Shown here in pieces: positions 60,258 to 64,000 of a DNA stretch of 64,000 nucleotides (its first letter is position 1; every line of letters begins with the position of its first letter). The translations under genes were made by a program, and so were the position numbers. The notes beneath the pieces were generated by a model that saw only the letters and a program-made list of their open reading frames with translations, made no database searches and had not been told where the DNA came from. The stretch lies in assembly GCA_008690995.1 (NCBI GenBank), contig VRMN01000002.1, positions 372,001 to 436,000 on the forward strand. Direction: 5' to 3'. This DNA is from Porphyridium purpureum (taxonomy: Eukaryota).

Positions 60258-62945
60258 ATGGCGGCAACCAGGCCTCAGGTTCGCGCAAAGTACTTGCCGC
60301 GGAGCGCGCCGCAGGACGCCCTGATGAGCGTGGCGATGAGCGCCGATGAAACCTTGCTGGGATCTCCGTTTGGACATTCGGGGACAAGCCATGGAAGTGG
60401 AGCGAGCGGTGCGCATGGCGCGCCTAGCGCATCTAGCGCGATTGCAGGATCTTCTGTGCTCGCGGCGGTGCAGCATTGGTCGAAGAGGCTGGTGAGAGCG
60501 TGGCAAGGAGGAGGAGGAGGTTTCCCGTCGCTGTCGCGTGGCGATGACGACGTCGAACGGAACGTCGACGGTGTTGTAAATGCGAAAGAGCGTCATGGTC
60601 AGACTCGATGGGTTTCGCACGCCTGGAAGGTTCTTAGAGGGTATAGCGCGATCATGCAAGCGACCGTGGTGGTCATTCTGTTGTGTGTTCCGTTTCTGTA
60701 CGCGCTGCAATGGTTATTTGAGACATCGCGAGGAGGTATGGATGTCAGTGCGCGCGTAGCATCGGACACGTTGCAGGAAAAGTACCGCGGCGTCGACGGA
60801 AGTGGTCACCGCGTGAGTATAGGGCGAAGCCATAGGTACGACGACGAGATTGTCGAGTGGGATATTTCACACGTAGACGAGAAAATGCAGCGCGAGGCGG
60901 ATTGGAAGTTCTTGCGACCGGACGGACCAGGTATGCGGGCCGTTTTGCTCGCTGAGGTGTTGAAGCGAAGGGCCGCGGCAAGCTCGGTTCCTGAAAATGA
61001 AAGACTAGTTCCCGGTGGAGTGTCACTAGTGGCGGCGTGCTCGCAACACTGGGTGCAGATGTCCATGACAATTCAGAGCTGGACAAAGGTCAAGGGCGTA
61101 GACGAAGTCATCTTTGTGGATTGGTCATCCACGGCACATTCGGCCAGGGTTGCAAAGCTTTTCGGTGACGAGAGCGTCTTTGTGGTGCATATCAATCGTA
61201 CCGACTGGATGCCGTCACGCGCTTTCAACCTAGGTGTGCGCCTCGCGCAGTATGCAAACATTCTGAAAGTGGACTGCGACACGCAGTTTATTGGTCCCGC
61301 GTTTCTTGAGCACCATCGCATTGGTACCGAACACGCGCTATACACCGTGAGTGCAAAGGAAAAGTCCACAGACAGAGCCGCGCTGCGCAGTGTTTTTTAC
61401 ACAAAGAAGGAAACGTTGGAGGCTGTCGGCGGGTTTGACGAGCGGTTGACGGAGCCGGGGTACGAATGCGAGGACCTCTACGTGCGTATGGGTCGCGAGG
61501 TCAAGCTCGCAATGTACGACTTTGATTTGAAGCATGTGCGCCGGATCCCATTTGACGAAGAACACTATGAAGCCCGTGACGCAGGTCGCACGGACACAAA
61601 CCTATCGCTTGAAAAGGTGCACTCGTCGCTTTCTGCGACGGTGCGCAACCGCTTGCTCGTCGAAGAACTGAACGCATCGGCAGCCGGGACATGGACCCGG
61701 CTGAGCAAGCAGACGCAATACTCATTCATCGCTGCAGGCGAGCCCACGGATGCGATGACGCTTCTACTCGCTGAGCCGACCGCATCCGAGCAGGTACCGA
61801 GCGGGTGGAGCATTGTCGGCGAATTGGCTGCACTGGAGATTTCGATCGAGGCAAACATGCGTGTCTTGCATGAGGAAGTGGGCGTGCCTCTCGCCGTGCT
61901 CGAATTTCTTTCGGAACACAACCTCTCGGCCATATCCTACCTGACCGAGCTGCTCGATCCGACGCAGCCGCGCTCTGTTCGGCCTGTGTTTGCGGTAGTC
62001 AGCGCACGGGATGTGCATTCAATGAGCGTGAGCATGGCGTGGGCCTTGGCACTTGGTGCTCGGGACGAAGTGATGCTACTTGTCTTTGTAGAGGATGGCA
62101 CTGTGGACCCATGGCGTGTATTTGACGTTGAGCGCATGCTCGTACGTATGACCAAATTCGGGCTCGCGCCAGCAAAAGTGATGTTTGCTGGTCCGTGGCC
62201 GTGTACGACCACCGTTAACGAATGCTCGGCATCAGATCCGGCCTATATGAAGTTGGCAGATGACTTCATTTCATCTTCGCCTGGCGCCGTTGTCCTCGAC
62301 CCAGAACATTTAAGCGTGGTGCACTATGCGCGTTTCATCGATCGTGAGAAGGATTCGGCCATCTCAGACCACAAAACCGATCGCGACGCCTTTGCGAGTT
62401 TGACACCGTATGCGCCGTTGAAAAAAGATCTGAACAAGCTCACGTCGACGTTGCATGGTGCCGTTGCTCTGGTCATGTCAAATCAGTTTGCACTGGAAGA
62501 CATTCCCGTGTGGCTCGACGAGGTTGTCAAGAATGAGCACACGGTGCAGAAAGAGGAAGGTGTTGAGGAAGGCAAGCCTTTGATGGTTGTGCTGTGCTCT
62601 GATCATGACAGACTGGAGCTTGCCAACGCACATTTAAAGTCCCGGGCCACAGTCGAGGTGCTTGAAACAAGCCCCCTTTCCAGCGTGCCAACAGATCCGC
62701 AGGAGGCAGCGTTCTGGCTCGACTTTTACCATCTGGAGATCATGTTACGCTGTGCGAGGATCTACCTAGACCGGCACGCTACACCTGCGCTCATGTACGT
62801 CATGCGGTACACGTTGGCGTGGCGCAAGTTTAATGCGCCGTCCCTGCCTCAGGACATGCGACGGCATTCGTCCAACATGAAGCAGCTCAAGGAAAAGGCG
62901 GCCTCGCCCCGATTCTTCCAAGTGTTCTTCTTCAAAAGCTGGTAG
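60258..62945 (+). CDS. Type II Golgi glycosyltransferase (GT2/GT7 GT-A fold) with an extra C-terminal domain, 895 aa
   Basis: TM anchor, EVIFVDWSS, SRAFNLG, ILKVDCD (DxD), VGGFDERL, GYECEDLYVR. Confidence 0.82.
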   Translation: MAATRPQVRAKYLPRSAPQDALMSVAMSADETLLGSPFGHSGTSHGSGASGAHGAPSASSAIAGSSVLAAVQHWSKRLVRAWQGGGGGFPSLSRGDDDVERNVDGVVNAKERHGQTRWVSHAWKVLRGYSAIMQATVVVILLCVPFLYALQWLFETSRGGMDVSARVASDTLQEKYRGVDGSGHRVSIGRSHRYDDEIVEWDISHVDEKMQREADWKFLRPDGPGMRAVLLAEVLKRRAAASSVPENERLVPGGVSLVAACSQHWVQMSMTIQSWTKVKGVDEVIFVDWSSTAHSARVAKLFGDESVFVVHINRTDWMPSRAFNLGVRLAQYANILKVDCDTQFIGPAFLEHHRIGTEHALYTVSAKEKSTDRAALRSVFYTKKETLEAVGGFDERLTEPGYECEDLYVRMGREVKLAMYDFDLKHVRRIPFDEEHYEARDAGRTDTNLSLEKVHSSLSATVRNRLLVEELNASAAGTWTRLSKQTQYSFIAAGEPTDAMTLLLAEPTASEQVPSGWSIVGELAALEISIEANMRVLHEEVGVPLAVLEFLSEHNLSAISYLTELLDPTQPRSVRPVFAVVSARDVHSMSVSMAWALALGARDEVMLLVFVEDGTVDPWRVFDVERMLVRMTKFGLAPAKVMFAGPWPCTTTVNECSASDPAYMKLADDFISSSPGAVVLDPEHLSVVHYARFIDREKDSAISDHKTDRDAFASLTPYAPLKKDLNKLTSTLHGAVALVMSNQFALEDIPVWLDEVVKNEHTVQKEEGVEEGKPLMVVLCSDHDRLELANAHLKSRATVEVLETSPLSSVPTDPQEAAFWLDFYHLEIMLRCARIYLDRHATPALMYVMRYTLAWRKFNAPSLPQDMRRHSSNMKQLKEKAASPRFFQVFFFKSW

Positions 62946-63934
62946 AAAGCGAGGGCCAAATGCATTGGCTCGCATGCGCTCGCTGGACTTGGACCAGCGA
63001 TGCATGCTGCTATTGAACACATCTCGGGCGGAGCGACGCGTGGCGACGTTGGAACGAGGCGCGGCGAAGAATGGCACGGTTTCAAGGAAGAAAGGAAGCG
63101 ATTGGGTGCGGGATGCGGGCTCTGGTGGATGAAACGGTGCCAGCTGCAGAAACCATGCGCATGTAAAACCAGCCCGAACGTGATGGTGCGTGGCGCCGCC
63201 GGGTCGTGGTACGCCAGCGCGGTTTGTGGGACAATTCAGCGCCCGAGCTCGTTGTGACTTTTCGACAGAGCTGCAGACGTTTCCGTGATGAACGAGCGAT
63301 CTTCGAAGCAGATGACGCGTCCGCACATATCATGCGTGTGGGATGGTGCTGCGTTCATGTGAGTTGACCGCCATCTCGCCCACGCCATCTGCACGGTCAC
63401 ACAAGCCCAACCCACCCATCCAGAGAAAGCAGATGAACGGAACGGACTCCGGACCGGGAGGAAAACCCATTGACTCAAATGAGCAACTGTACACATCGCA
63501 GTACCTCGACCCTTCTGTAAGGCTTTGACTAGCGCTTTAAGATTTTGATTATTTTTTGGTCTTTTTTACAGTGTTAAAAAAAGAGTGTGTGGGAAAGTGT
63601 GCTGATTTTGATATGAGTTTGATCCCGGAGTTGTTTCTTTTTGGGTGGGCAGCGCGCTAACGGGTGAGGAAAAAGACGGAGACAGAATCGAGGTGGGCCA
63701 TAAGAGAATTAAAAGGCGGAGCGGGAAAAGGGACGTGGCAACAACGCTTGACGCGAGGAGGCGGGCAGAGATCTGTGTGTCCGTCGTGCTGCTGCGCTAC
63801 GCTGTTACGGCAAGGATTGGAGGGCTTTTGTCGCCAGGTTGTTTGATTCTTGCCCGGGGGAGATTTGTCCGGTCAAGGGGTTGTTGTGAGCTTGCGCGTG
63901 CCTACGCCCGGTTGCTGGCTCCTCCGTTGCCACA

Positions 63935-64000
63935 ATGGGGAAGCAGGTGTTTGACAAGAGCCGCCTGGATGGAGACAACGTGTTTGAAAAGTATGAGCCG
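63935..64000 (+). CDS. 5' end of a gene running off the window (MGKQVFDKSRLDGDNVFEKYEP)
   Basis: ACAATGG start context, 22 open codons with coding-like usage; product unknown. Confidence 0.4.
   Translation, partial: MGKQVFDKSRLDGDNVFEKYEP

Overview
Eukaryotic, GC-rich, essentially intron-less DNA. The gene content and compactness suggest a unicellular red alga such as Porphyridium, but this is inference and not provable from the window. The window has two compartments. Bases 1-~25.6 kb are a nest of transposons: two near-identical Ty3/Gypsy LTR elements (one full length at 16139-21592 with TSD CTTGG, PBS, PPT and a -1 frameshift signal), two further isolated LTRs of that family, two CoDi-like Ty1/Copia elements, three Tc1/mariner elements or ends, and older degenerate retroelement debris, with one host gene (TAF4) stranded inside. 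Bases ~25.6-64 kb are gene dense: MSH3, a helical-repeat protein, a Q/M-rich protein, SEC24, GCN2, then a run of secretory/glycan-related genes. That run comprises a head-to-head pair of signal-peptide FkbM methyltransferase + coiled-coil + ~5TM proteins, a PIG-Z/ALG9-like protein, a Tyr/Pro-rich extensin-like protein, a type II methyltransferase-like protein and a GT7/GT2 glycosyltransferase, interspersed with Mpv17 and an F-box-like gene. The best candidates for novelty are the putative glycan-methylation/extracellular-matrix cluster with its unusual FkbM architecture, the Gypsy LTR promoter built from heat-shock elements plus an AACGG (MSA/MYB) array, and an in-frame UGA-CGG stop at the gag/pol junction of a Copia element. 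All family assignments are by motif recognition only; no searches were run.
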